Shown piece by piece: positions 25,489-40,135 of a stretch of 64,000 bases of DNA (position 1 is its first letter; the number at the start of each line of letters is the position of its first letter). Origin of the DNA: Eledone cirrhosa (lineage: Eukaryota); NCBI GenBank assembly GCA_964016885.1, contig OZ024742.1, forward strand, positions 27,218,001-27,282,000. The letters are read 5' to 3'. The position numbers and the translations under genes are program-made. Below the pieces are notes generated by a model that was not told the origin of the DNA, made no database searches, and saw only the letters and a list, made by a program, of their open reading frames with translations.

Positions 25489-25689
25489 AAAAAAAAGTAT
25501 ACACACTTCAACAGTATTCTAATCAAAGTGTGTATACATTTTTGGGTGTCCTGTATATATGTATATATTTATATATGTATATATGTATATGTATGTATCT
25601 ATGTATATATGTATCTCTGTATGTATAGACGGCATATATATGTGTTTGGTATGTATATTTAATTTTGATAGTTTGTATAATTTTGTATA

Positions 25690-25950
25690 ATTTTGTACAT
25701 AGATCTGTTGAATATGCATGCCAATTCTAACACATATATATCCTAGAAACGATCGTTAAATAATGAACTTTTTTTTGTTTAATATAAGGAACTGTTTCAT
25801 TGTTTTATTCATTATTTTTTTAATATTTTATCTTGACTCTGTATTCCGTTTATCTTTCACCGAAAGTGATTTTTCATTGCATCTCTTCTTTCCATGATAT
25901 CCGGATTACATTGAGTTCTTCATACGGATTGGACACTACCGTAAACTCTT
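25690..25950 (+). mobile_element. pLTR 3' fragment of the element A family, with extra tail
   Basis: Inverted match to 6150-6280, retains GAAACGATCGTT (3' half of the HHR), extends ~120 bp further to (TA)n. Confidence 0.65.
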
Positions 25951-25970
25951 GGTAGATTTATCTACATATA

Positions 25971-26018
<48 letters not shown>

Positions 26019-26029
26019 GAGAGAAAAAA

Positions 26030-26192
26030 TGTGAAGTTGGAAATAGCACGGAAAATATATTTTAGGGTCTGTTTTTCATTTTTTTCGTAAAAGTGACATT
26101 ATTGAGAAAATGACATTATTGAAAAAATGAGAGGGACGATTCTTTTAAAAAAGAGTTTTATAAAGTATATGACGTATTACCGATTTCGATGT
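26030..26192 (-). mobile_element. pLTR-like 3' fragment; second copy at about 44990-45168
   Basis: Shared gttggaaata.cacggaaaatatattt.agggtctgtttt..aaaaaatgagagggac; the reverse complement begins GAAA-tcg-GTA-atac (half HHR). Confidence 0.55.
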
Positions 26193-26781
26193 ATGTGTAT
26201 ATATATATGTATGTGTATATACATAACTAGCGGTCACTGGCCCTTCGTCCCGGTCCCTGCTGTGTTCAAATCTAATCATACGTCACCTATTGGCATCTGT
26301 TGTAATGACAATTTTCTTTGAAATGAAAAAATAATAGAAACATTTATTTTACGAAAATTATAAAACATTTACAAAACTTCAGTATATACAAGATTTTAAA
26401 CTTTTTTCTAAGGATTTTTTTTTTGTTTTAGTTTTTTTTTGGGGGGGTCTTCCTTTTATCTATATATAAGTCCTTATATCTATATATAAATCTATGATAT
26501 AATATTTGTAAATGGAAGTTTAGCTGCAGTACAGCAAGTACTATTAGATTTGTTTGAGGCAATCACAAAACATAAAAACAAACACTATGTCCAGATTTAA
26601 CATCATAGTTATAAAATGTGACACCAAGAGAACTGACCGAAAGCAAGGACTGTACATACAACATTACGATAGATACATAAAGAGATGACTGTCTGGGGGT
26701 GTCAGTGAATCTGTCTATATATCCCCTCCATCATTAAATACCTGAAATTTCGATGTATTGAATTTCTTATTATTCTCATGG

Positions 26782-26995
26782 GGGCGGTAGGTTGGCAGTA
26801 TCGGTAGAGCGTCGGACACCCTGCTTCGAGGCAGAAAGTTACGGCCCTTTACCTTCTGAGTTCAAATCCCACCGAGTTTAGTTTTGCTTTTTCATCCTTA
26901 CGTGATTGCTAAAATAAAGTAGTAGTAATGCATTGGGGTCGATTTAATCGGCTTTCTTTGTTGGGTTTTTATCTATAGTAGAAATCATTATTATC
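26782..26995 (+). mobile_element. Meta-like tRNA SINE
   Basis: ggcggtaggttggcagtatcggtagagcgtcgga..gagttcaaatccc..ttcatccttacg..aaaataaagta. Confidence 0.75.
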
Positions 26996-27183
26996 ATTTC
27001 CTGATCGATAAATGAACGATGACATATTTTGGATTGGGATGCCATCTTCTGAGGTTTGGACTGATATCGATATTTTTGTCATCTGTGTAACTTGTTAGGT
27101 TTGTTGATTGTACGTGTGAGATTACACACCTGTAAGGGTGATAAAAAATAATAATGGTCCTAGAAAGGTTCCTGGGGTATACC

Positions 27184-27462
27184 CACGGCCAGATTTACTG
27201 GGGCGGCAAAGAGTGCAATTGCCTGGCCCCCCTGCAGATGGGGTGGGGTCGCACCCATAACAGCTGTGCCAATTTATTTGTACTCTCTGCTGAGGTTTTT
27301 AGTTTTAGGATGGTTAGATTTTTGTTATGTAATACCTGTATGTATAACTTTTAAATTCCAATTACTTGCGCCACGCTGACTTTTATATATAAAATTGGGG
27401 TGTTGCTGTGTATTCTAATTTTTTGTGAATGAGGGGCACTGCAAGGTCTGAATCTGGCCAAG
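27184..27462. mobile_element. hAT-type MITE
   Basis: TIRs cacggccagatt / aatctggccaag; 8-bp TSD ggtatacc / ggtatacg. Confidence 0.7.
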
Positions 27463-27475
27463 GGTATACGACTTA

Positions 27476-27790
27476 TTACAGTTGAGATGTCAGAGAGAAA
27501 ACTGTTTGCCGTGACAATGTGTTTCCTATCCTGTAGAAAGTCAAAGTATCATTCTCCGAGTTTTTTTCAGTGAAACCAAGGTCTCTAAACATAGGACAGA
27601 TAATTCCTTGATCAATATCGTCAAACACTTTGGCAATATCAAATTCTATGCAGTGAGTGTCCATTCCTCTCGGGAGATTATAAAGAATAGCGTTATTGTG
27701 CTGTAGTAGATATGTTAGGTAACCAATTCCCGCCTGAAAACCATACTGTGTATTATCTAAGTATTTTGTTTTCCTCAAGTTAGGTAATTG
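27476..27790 (-). pseudogene. Degenerate CR1/L2-like reverse transcriptase fragment
   Basis: QYGF..LTYLL..FDIAKVFDDIDQGII matches non-LTR RT motifs. Confidence 0.65.
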
Positions 27791-27996
27791 TTTTTATTTT
27801 ACAAATAATCACTTCTACAATTGTCGACGTGTGAGATTTAATATATGTCTATTGTATATATGTACGTATTGTATACATACATACATATATATAGAGACTC
27901 TACTTACCCACTCTACTACACTAAGAATCGAGTACTCAGGTGCGTTATGGTCTACCTGGTTCCTTACCACACTTTCTTTGTTATATATATATGTGA

Positions 27997-28085
<89 letters not shown>

Positions 28086-28805
28086 TCGTTTGCACACCCA
28101 ACCCAAGCTAATAAAGCGACAGGGTTGCATGGGAAGATGTTTCGCCAGAAGATGTGATACACACAACCAATTTAAAATTTGAACCATTTTGTAGCCTAGC
28201 AGGGGCGTGCCCGACTGCCCAGGCCAGCCGTAGCACCCCCGCCCCCCACTCGCCATCTGTGACTTAATGATTGCGAAACAAACGTTTGAAACATTCGGCC
28301 ATACTCTATCCCCTTACCAGGTCTATATCCTTATGTTTTAATTGTAATTTGACCATTCTGTGTAAGTTCACTCTTTTATTGAGAGATCTGTAGATAAAAG
28401 CAATTTATCGGTTGATAACACCGTATGCCATACATACTACATGGAATCAGTCAATGCTAATTTTTATAAAGAGCGAGTAATACGTCTGTATAATAGGAAG
28501 TTTAATATTCATAACATCACCACTATATTACCATTAACGTTGTAATGTTGTTTGCATAACGTCTATCGTTCTATTATATCGAATATTATGAAAATGACGA
28601 TGTGTTGATGTAACATATACAACCTAATTAGTAAAAATTCCTTTAGTAGAAACTCCGTTTATTGAAAGTTATTAAAACAGATTAGATTGAACGACAAAGC
28701 CTTTGATATACAGTATAATATAGTATATCAATATATATATGTATATATATGTATATATATCTATATATATCTATCTATCTATCTATCTATATATATATAT
28801 ATCTA

Positions 28806-28889
<84 letters not shown>

Positions 28890-29120
28890 TATATATATAA
28901 ATACCGCAACCCGAACTATATTGCATTTCTCCTGTCTCTTGAACTCTACATTTACTAGACAACGACTATTGTTTGTTTATCTATATCTTCACATCTTTGT
29001 TTGCTGTATTAATGTCCTGATTTCTCCATCTTACTCCAACACCACTCTTGTTGGTTTATTTACATGTTTATACCTATATATTGATATGTTTATATATTTA
29101 TACCTCTGCTGTACCAATGT

Positions 29121-29260
29121 GCTCTTCCACGTATTCCACTTCTATGTATCCATGTATTTCTACCCCTCACATTGGGACCTGTACCCATTAGCTCTTCCAC
29201 GTATTCCACTTCTATGTATCCATGTATTTCTACTCCTCACATTGGGACCTGTACCCATTA
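29121..29260. repeat. 70-bp tandem duplication
   Basis: gctcttccacg...gtacccatta twice, with one mismatch. Confidence 0.95.
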
Positions 29261-30414
29261 GCACACGACACTAGAATGTCTCCTCCTGAGAACAAAATTA
29301 AACATTACACGACTATATCCCGTACTCTACATCCCACTAGGATAAATTACAGATCTACATAATACAATTAACGTTTCTTCATAAAAGACTATTTAATTAA
29401 ACCCCGCAACCCAAAACCTCATAGAAGTTATTTGAATGTATAATCTTCAATTTTCTGTTTGTTCAATTCTCAATCCTCTTACTCCTTAGTTTCGTAATGT
29501 TATTCTGAATTCTTTCAACTTCATCCGATAGAGTTAAGCAAAATTCTAAAGTTCCAACTTTCTGTCGGACCGTTGGATGGGTTTTAGCGGCGGCGCGACC
29601 AGCTCCCTGGCGAACGGGCTCACCTGGAGTGCTTGGAAAAATAAATTCCCCTTCTTTCAGTAAATGAAAATACTCGGCGTGGCTTAATTCGCCATGGGGC
29701 CCGGGGCGCGGCCGTTGTTTTAACCGCCAAATAGTACCTTTAAATTACAGAACAAATCGGAACTATTATATAATTAATTGTTAAACTGTTGAACTTTAAA
29801 TTTTCTAACCTCTTTAATATTGAATATTGATTATTAAATTTTTTTAACTTCATCCTAGAAGTCTAAACACTGTAAAACACTGACTCCCAATATATCCATC
29901 TCCGCTAAGATGCGGGTCCCTGTGAAAATTTTCTCGCGCCACTCCTGGCTTAACTGTGGTCTGACATTAATATCGACCTTTCTTCCTCTTCCTTTCTATC
30001 TTCCTTCTTGTAGCCATCAGCCCTTACTTTTCTACTTCTCTCTTCCCTTCCTTCTCTCCTCTCCTCCTCCCTGCAGACTTATCTTCCTTCCCCCTCTTGC
30101 TTGCCTATATCTGACCAGTAGTAGTTACCTTCCTCTTTTAGCTGACATTAACCCTGACTTCTCTTCTTCTTTCTTCCCCCTTCTTCTCCTTCCTTTCTTT
30201 CTTTCTTTTACCTTGTGTCATGGGATCGACATTAACCTATGCTCCCATCTCTTTCTGTTTTCGTTCATCTGACCGGTAGTAGCATACTATAAAATTTAGC
30301 CACGTCACTCCAGGGCGACCGGCTGAGGTTGAAGGAACAGAATAGCGTTCGCCCTCGGGTCTCGATTTTCAGCCCCATGGATTTTACCTATTACATTCAC
30401 GTATTATATTTCGA

Positions 30415-30472
30415 ATACCTGATGATATCACCGGATTCATACGGAACCCGGTCATTGAAATGATCATAGTAT
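30415..30472 (+). ncRNA. Type I hammerhead ribozyme
   Basis: atac-CTGATGA-tatc-accgg..ccggt-catt-GAAA-t-GATC-A-TA-gtat; identical to 57101-57158. Confidence 0.8.
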
Positions 30473-30518
30473 AATAAACCTTTCAAGGATTTACACAAAT
30501 CCAGCCTCCTGTCATTTC

Positions 30519-30549
<31 letters not shown>

Positions 30550-30606
30550 AGTTAAAACAATGAAATAAAAAATCAAGTCATTATGTGTATATATATATAT
30601 ATATAT

Positions 30607-30654
<48 letters not shown>

Positions 30655-30752
30655 TAAAGGTTTATATATACATAAAGTCATAGATATATATGTTGCAACC
30701 GGTCACGGTTTATCTGATGATTCTAAAGACATGATTTATGATATATATATAC

Positions 30753-31044
<292 letters not shown>

Positions 31045-31047
31045 ATG

Positions 31048-31196
<149 letters not shown>

Positions 31197-31750
31197 ATTT
31201 ATGTATATATATATATTTATTTCAAGTAAGAATATTTTCGAAACAGCGAGCGGGTTTGAAATTATTATCGATGTAAGCTATTGCCGTATTTTGACGTCAA
31301 TACTCATCTTTTCCCATTTTTCCGAGTGTTCTTAACGCCACTATCAGGCTAAATAATTTCTTTAATTTCTTTAGTCAAAATATGGCGATATATTTATTTA
31401 TATATGTGTGTGAATATATATACATATATACATGTGTGTTTAGTATTAGATATCTATGTTTTATTACATATGTATTTATATATATATAGAGAGAGAGAGA
31501 AAGAGGGGGGAAGAGGTGAGATTGGTAGTCAGATATATATATAGAAAGATACATATATAATTTGTTATATAGAAACTGGTAAAGTGAGATAGAATCTACT
31601 GAAGTAGATGACTAGTAACTTGTATATCGATAATAAAACAGTGAAAGGTAAATGTGACATAAGAGGAATATAAGCTCAGAGCACAGGTTATAAGTACTGT
31701 GGCGTTATATAAATATATATATTTACACTTACTGTATTTGTATATATATA

Positions 31751-31829
<79 letters not shown>

Positions 31830-31877
31830 CTTCAAAATATTAATAAATATAGACATTCATGTGATCAAATATATTTT

Positions 31878-31933
31878 ATTTTACATATTTCAGAGGTACT
31901 GAGCTATTTCATCAGTACGTCCTCTTCAGATAT
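31878..31933 (-). ncRNA. Type I hammerhead motif
   Basis: Reverse complement: atat-CTGAAGA-ggac-gtactga tgaaatagc tcagtac-ctct-GAAA-tat-GTA-aaat; stem I has one mismatch. Confidence 0.65.
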
Positions 31934-32265
31934 TTTCTAAAATTGAAGGTGTTATGGTGTGTGTGTATGTGTCTGTTTGGATGGTTAGCATGTTATGGTG
32001 TTAAGATAATGCATATTAAACTATATTTAATGCTGGTCTATATTTTCTAAAATAGAAGGTGTTATGGTGTGTGTGTATGTGTCTGTTTGGATGGTTAGCA
32101 TGTTATGGTGTTAAGATAATGCATATTAAACTATATTTAATGCTGGTCTATATTTTCTAAAATTGAAGGTGTTATGGTGTGTGTGTATGTGTCTGTTTGG
32201 ATGGTTAGCATGTTATGGTGTTAAGATAATGTATATTAAATTATATTTAATGCTGGTCTATATTT
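31931..32265. repeat. Three tandem 110-bp copies spanning the PLE stop codon and 3' UTR
   Basis: tattttctaa recurs at 31931, 32041 and 32151. Confidence 0.9.
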
Positions 32266-32859
32266 TTGAATAAACAAATTTTCCTTATTTATTCGTATTT
32301 GTTCTGTTGTAATGTCAATACAAAGATAAAATGGGAAGACTTGGAATTTGGGTGTCTCATTACTTGCGCATATGTCTAGATGTGCATTGAGTGGTATCTG
32401 TCTTGTGGTTGGATCTCGTAATTGTTGGTGATGAAATGTCATTCTCTTTCTGAGTGTGAGTTTAGTTTGTCCTATATAATATTCATTTAATGGCATGAAG
32501 TTGATTTTTTGATGAGCAAGGGAAGTCATTTTTTACAGCAAAATTTTGTCCTGATAGAAATGTATACGTGTTGCCTTCAATGAGGTGAGTGCAGATTCCA
32601 CAATTAGAGCGACCACTTTTTTTGACAGTTGGTTGTGGGTTTGTGGTAGATAATTTGGCATTGGTGAGTAATGTTTTTAGTGATTTTGGTTGTCTTTTGC
32701 ATTTGATTATGTTGTGTTTCAAGGGCTTTTTTCGTTCTTGGTCTTGTTTCAATAGTGGGATGTTCTTGTGAATAGTGTTGTAAGCTTCTGCATTTCTTGG
32801 CTTGAGTGTTGAGATACGTATATAATAGAATATTGGACGTACCTTCAATTGTTTCTCTT

Positions 32860-32911
<52 letters not shown>

Positions 32912-33093
32912 GAAAATGTTTAACCCCGACGGCGGAGCTCAAACCGTTTCTATGTCCAGAAGTAGCGGTCGAAACGGCTTGAGCTCTGCCGTCGGGGTTA
33001 AACATGTTCCTATTACCCACTCTACTATACACAGTATTGAGTATTCTAGTGCGTTATGCTCCAGCTGCTTCCTTACCACACTTCCTTCGTTAC

Positions 33094-33232
<139 letters not shown>

Positions 33233-33246
33233 CATATACATATATA

Positions 33247-33314
<68 letters not shown>

Positions 33315-33317
33315 CAT

Positions 33318-33388
<71 letters not shown>

Positions 33389-33566
33389 AAAAGTTCGCGT
33401 GGACTCTCTGGGAGATGTACCTGTGGATCTAATAGCCAGTGGTTGCCGGATGTGGTCCGTTCGATCTTTTAGTTTCAGGGGTTGAACGCTTTCGCGATAG
33501 ACGAGCCTGCCGGTTCTAAGTCAGACGTGATCATCGCGATTCACATACGACCTACCATACATCTTA

Positions 33567-33655
<89 letters not shown>

Positions 33656-33835
33656 GAAAAAGTTTGACTCCGACAGCAGAGCTCAAGACCTTTCGACGCC
33701 TATTTCTGGACTCGAAATAGCCACCGAAACGCCTTGAGGTCTGCCGTCGGGGTCATACTTTTTCCTTTTTCCACTCTACTATTGAGTACTCTGGTGCGTG
33801 ATGGTCCATCTGGTTCCTTACCACAATTCCTTTGT

Positions 33836-34340
<505 letters not shown>

Positions 34341-34382
34341 TATATATATATATATTTATATATATAAATATATATATATAAA

Positions 34383-34422
<40 letters not shown>

Positions 34423-34425
34423 GAC

Positions 34426-34523
<98 letters not shown>

Positions 34524-34540
34524 TGATATATATTCTCGGC

Positions 34541-34572
<32 letters not shown>

Positions 34573-34605
34573 GGATATATATCATATAAACCTCTATATA
34601 TATAC

Positions 34606-34853
34606 CAGGAACGGTGTGGAAGTATTTCTGTATTGTGCGGGAGAAATCTGGACAATTTAGTTGTAGTGATTAGTTTAGCTCTTTGCTTTCCGAAATGTTC
34701 AGAAAACTTCGATATGCGATAGACATCACATGTTTATAAATTATAGCGCATATCCAAATAAATGTGTGATTTGGTAGTTCGGGGAGGAAATATGATTATT
34801 GGAGGAGGGCATGCCTCCCACCACCACTTTCACCACCAGTTCGACCGCCACTG
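34606..34853. mobile_element. hAT-like MITE; related 3' end at about 36690-36803
   Basis: Ends caggaacggtg / gaccgccactg; the second copy ends caccgtccctg and shares the internal tagcgcatat.caaata segment. Confidence 0.5.
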
Positions 34854-34981
34854 TATATATATAATTAAAAAAAATTATGCTATGTGCTCTTTCCTCAGGG
34901 ATTAATATATCGAGCTTCTTCAAAGTTGATAAGGAACTGGTATTATGCCCGATTTATAATTCTCTTATATACATATATATT

Positions 34982-35040
<59 letters not shown>

Positions 35041-35112
35041 TTTCAGATAGTATGGCTATTGGTGAGCTCTGTTATTCTAAAGTTTCACCTGCGAACTCTC
35101 AGGATCACCAGT

Positions 35113-35161
35113 CTTGTCTGATGATGCTGTGAGTACGAAAGTGAAACAACAGAGTAACAAG
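35113..35161 (+). ncRNA. Type I hammerhead motif
   Basis: cttgt-CTGATGA-t-gct..agt-GAAA-c aacaga G-TA-acaag; stem II is weak. Confidence 0.7.
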
Positions 35162-35479
35162 GTTTAGCCATAATAAATGAATATTTAAACTCTACTTCGG
35201 TATTGAGTTTTCATTCTTACGTCCGTCAATAATTCACGTGCTCTCAGGTCTTGAATAATCGTCCCCAACCCCAGCTTATCAATTCATCAGACCCCCCACC
35301 CCACCTCGGGTTTTATTTTACCACCACCACCCCACCCGCTTATTAAATTTTGATGATCAGTCTCCGGCGGAAATTTATTGTAAGTCATTCATATTGATAC
35401 AGCAGCCGGAGAATCTAATTATAATTTTATTTTACATTTAATAAGACATTATATATGACAATAGAACATTAAAAGAAAT

Positions 35480-36680
35480 CCCATATCTACTAAAACCAAA
35501 TGTTACCCCTCTCTATATCAACCACGACACCGCCTCTCATATTCTACTCTCTTTATCTAAGACTAATACATTCTCTCACTCTCTATAAATATTTACACTT
35601 ATCTCTCCCAATCCCGCTCTGTATATCAATCACCACTAAACTCTATATCAATCAACCCTAAACTCTCCCCCTCTCTATATCTACTACACGGAACTCTCTG
35701 TGAAACCCCCTCTCTATATGGAACTCTCTTCTAATCCCTTTCTGATATCAATAAACACCAATTCTTCCCTCCCTCTGTATCTAATATACAACACTCTGTC
35801 TCATTCTCTCTCACTCTATCCATCACTACCAAAGTCTCCCCCTCTCTATATCTATTAATACCTATCCCTATCAATCCCCCCACTCTCAATATCAACAATA
35901 CAACACTCTCCCAATCCCTCTCTCTATATCAATTAACACCAAACACTTCCCCTCTCTATATCTATTATACAGTACTCTTTTCCAACCCCCCTCTCTATAT
36001 CAATTACCACCAAGCACTCCCCCAATTTATATCTACCAGACAACACTCTCTCATTTCCCCCTCACTCTATCCATCACTACCGAATTCTCACCCGCTCTAT
36101 ATCTACTACAGGATACTCTCTTCCAATCCCCCACTCTATATCAATTAGCACCAAACTCTCACCCTTTCTATATCTACTATACGATACTCTCTTCCAATCC
36201 CCCACTCTATATCAATTAGCACCAAACTCTCACCCTCTCTATATCTACTATACGATACTGTCTTCCAATCCCCCACTCTATATCAATTAGCACCAAACTC
36301 TCACCCTCTCTATATCTACTATACGATACTGTCTTCCAATCCCCCACTCTATATCAGTTAGCACCAAACTCTCACCCTCTCTGTATCTGCTATACGATAC
36401 TCTCTTCCAATCCCCCACTCTATATCAATTAGCACCAAACTCTCACCCTCTCTATATCTACTATACGATACTCTCTTCCAATCCCCCACTCTATATGAAA
36501 TTTACGCCAAACTCTTTCCCTCGGTATATCTAGTACATGGAACATTCTTCAAATTCCTCTATAACAATAAACATCAATCTCCCCCCCCCCGTCTCTTCCA
36601 ATCCCCCTCTCTATCTCAATTACCACCAAACTCTCCCACTCTCTCTATATATATTTATCTAACTCTCCCATCTGTCTATA
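35480..36680. repeat. 71-bp C/T-rich minisatellite (conserved core about 36100-36500)
   Basis: tatctactat recurs at 36171, 36242 and 36313; the flanks are degenerate versions. Confidence 0.9.
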
Positions 36681-36996
36681 CATAGCATACACATAAATTG
36701 TAGCGCATATACAAATATGTGTAGGTTTTGGTAATTTGGGGAGAAAGATATAATTATTGAGGGGTGAGCATGACCCCACAGCCCCCTATTTCCACCGTCC
36801 CTGTACACACATATATATAAATGTAAATGTGTATATGGATATGTATACATATATATTCATATGTATTTTGATATATATATTTATATAAACATATATATAT
36901 ACATATATATACAGATATATGTGTATATGTATATATTTATGTACATATATATGTATGTAAAAGGTAAACATATATCTATATATATGTATATATGTT

Positions 36997-37029
<33 letters not shown>

Positions 37030-37133
37030 GTATATATGTATATATATATATATATATATATGTGTGTATATATAATATACATAGAAATATATATACATAT
37101 ATATATACACACATATATATATACACACATATA

Positions 37134-37242
<109 letters not shown>

Positions 37243-37269
37243 GTATATGTGTATACTTATATATGTATA

Positions 37270-37328
<59 letters not shown>

Positions 37329-37391
37329 TAAAATAACAGATTAAAGTTTAAGCAAAGAATCGCTGCTTTAACCCTTAACGGGATCTTCTCA

Positions 37392-37423
<32 letters not shown>

Positions 37424-37428
37424 ATAGG

Positions 37429-37463
<35 letters not shown>

Positions 37464-37484
37464 GTGTGTGTATATATATCTATG

Positions 37485-37674
<190 letters not shown>

Positions 37675-37814
37675 AGTAAATCAATGATAGTTTCATACGA
37701 TTAGAGTCATATCATTAATACAACAATGACCATATATTTAATGGATGCTATCATATTTTAAATCATAAACTGCTTCCTGTAGTAGCTTTGATGTATAACA
37801 ATAATAACGCTAAT

Positions 37815-38770
37815 GATTTCAGATTTAGGCACAAGGCCAGCAATTTGAAGGGAGGAGGAATGTCGATAAATCTACCCCCGTTTGTTATTCGTACTTTATG
37901 TAATCGATACTTTAAGGAGGAATGTCAAGCTAAATTCGGTGGAATTTGAAATCATAACTATATACCGCAAGGCATGGTCCCCGGCGTTCTATCAACACTG
38001 TCAATCCACGCCCTTTTTAAAAATTATTTCTACTTTTGCCACAAGGCCAGCAATTATCTCAGTGCATTACTGGTACTTTATTTTATCGACCTTGTAAGGA
38101 TGAAAGGCAAACTTAACCTTGGCGGGATTTGAACTCAGATCATAAAGGGCCGTAACACTAAGCTGCAAAGCATGCCGCCCGACCGACCCTCTACCGATAC
38201 TGCCAATCCAAGGGAAAGGCCAGCAATAAATAGAACCCAGTCCGTTACTGCGAATAAATGGACCACAGTCCGTTACTGCGAATAAATTGACCACAGTCCG
38301 TTACTTCTTTATTTTATTGACTTTTTAAGGACGAAAGACAAAGTTACCGTCAGCGGAATTTTAACTAAGAACGTAAAGAGACATAACTCTATGCAACAAA
38401 CAACTTTTCCGATGTACTTCCAATACTGTGAATCAACCACCCTTTTTAATAATGGTTTCTGTCTTAGGCCCAAGTCCAGCAATTTAAACGGAAGGAGGAA
38501 AGTAGATTAAATTGGCCCCTATGTGTTAATGGTACTTTAATTTCTCGACCACGTATGGGTGAAAGACAAAGCTACATTCGGTGGACTTTTAAATCATAAC
38601 GTAATGAGACGTAACTCTATGCCGCAAAACATGCTGTCCGACGCTCTACCGATTGTGCCAATCAACAGCTTGGTTTCTGCTTTAGGCACAAGACCAACAA
38701 TTTCGGAGGAGGGGAAATCGATTGAATCGACCCCAGTGCGTTACAGGTACTTTATTTTAACGACCCTTTA
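37815..38770 (-). mobile_element. Head-to-tail cluster of about five Meta-like SINE copies
   Basis: The caaggccagcaat..tacttta..tcgac..aaag..gatttgaa module repeats at about 37830, 38040, 38215, 38470 and 38690. Confidence 0.75.
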
Positions 38771-38896
38771 GAAAGAACATAAAAAACATAAAGAAGTAAA
38801 GCCTACTTCTGTTGTTTCGATTCATTGATATACCCCGGGTTGATAGTTGGTGTGTCTTTCTCAAAGCACCGGTTATATATATAGTCTATATATGTA

Positions 38897-38999
<103 letters not shown>

Positions 39000-39213
39000 A
39001 TATTTATATATTTATGTATGTATATATAAAGCAGGAAAAGAGTCATTTCTGTCCAGAAATAGCCGCCGAAATGGCTTGAGCTCTGCCGTCGGAGTCCTGA
39101 CTCTTTTCCTATTATCCACTCTACTACCCAAAGCATCGAGTACTCTAGTGCGTTATCGTCCACCTGGTTCCTTACCACACTTATTTCGTTATATATATAT
39201 ATATATATATATA

Positions 39214-39312
<99 letters not shown>

Positions 39313-39405
39313 AGGTAAACAGAAGAAATAACAACGCAATCGGTACTGTATGTGGAAGAGGTATATTAGGTTAACGCTTGATATAGCAGGAAGAGAGGAA
39401 GAGTA

Positions 39406-39441
39406 TCTTAACGTTTAGGACGCTAGTCCTTCATCAGAAGA
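39406..39441 (-). ncRNA. Minimal hammerhead motif, GAAA mutated to TAAA
   Basis: Reverse complement: tctt-CTGATGA-a-ggac tagc gtcc-TAAACGTT-aaga; lies in a ~220-bp repeat shared with 57400-57620. Confidence 0.55.
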
Positions 39442-39837
39442 AAGAATGAGACATAAGATAGATTGAAGGGGCGGTCGGGTTGAAATTGGAAAAGATGTCT
39501 TTAGATAAGAATAACAGGTCCATTCATATTGACATCTCTATATACATATACATATAGATAAATGGTCAAGAAAAATGATTGCTCAATCTATTGCTGGAGA
39601 GCTTATTTAGAGTAAGTAAAGGTCACACACTGGTATTATTGTCTCCGTCCCCGATGAAGGGCCAAGTTGGAAGAGCCCTCCTCCACTATACGGTGGTGGA
39701 CATAACTGGATCCCCAAACGAATGGTCGCACGTCCTGTTAAATAAGAAACTTTCTTTATACTATATATAATATATATATATATATTATATATAACAGAAA
39801 AAAAGAGAATCAGTGTTGCGACTAATGGAAATTATTG

Positions 39838-39934
39838 GACATATTACAATCGTTTTCTCTTGCGACCAGCTCGAGGCACGATCGATGTGATGATCGACTC
39901 TGACTCTGAAATCGCAAAGGTCCTCAGATACGTC
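39838..39934 (-). ncRNA. Type I hammerhead motif with extended stem II
   Basis: Reverse complement: gacgtat-CTGAGGA-cc-tttgcgat...gtcgcaag-a-GAAAA-c gatt G-TA-atatgtc: 7-bp stem I, one extra A. Confidence 0.6.
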
Positions 39935-40135
39935 TTAAAATGAGTCAGGATTCCGACGGCTGAACTTGGGCCGTTTCGGCGGCTATATCCGAATTAAGTT
40001 CGGATCTAGCTGTCGAAACGCCCGCCGGAGCTCTTTTCCTATTACCCACTCTACTAGCCTAAGTATCGAGGACTCTGGTGCGTTATGATCCACCTGGTTT
40101 ATTACCACACTTCTCTCGTTATATATATATATATA

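Larger units (their letters stand above)
31828..32860 (-). mobile_element. 5'-truncated, frameshifted Neptune-like PLE
   Basis: RQPKSLKTLL..CGIC..CSSKN / YIGQT..LRKRMTFH..H..C..FPF..KENLFIQKYRPALN in ORFs 32483-32848 and 32236-32529; HHR at the 3' end. Confidence 0.8.

Noticed and set aside
26225-26265. Possible Helitron 3' end (CTAG preceded by a GC-rich stretch, minus strand)
   Set aside because: The hairpin is poor and no matching 5' TC end or second copy is visible.
36100-36500. Regular repeat array as a possible CRISPR
   Set aside because: The units are contiguous with no unique spacers and no cas genes; the context is eukaryotic.
39646-39732. CCGATGA..CAAA..GTC hammerhead-like arrangement
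   Set aside because: Two core mutations and a mismatched stem I; not counted.
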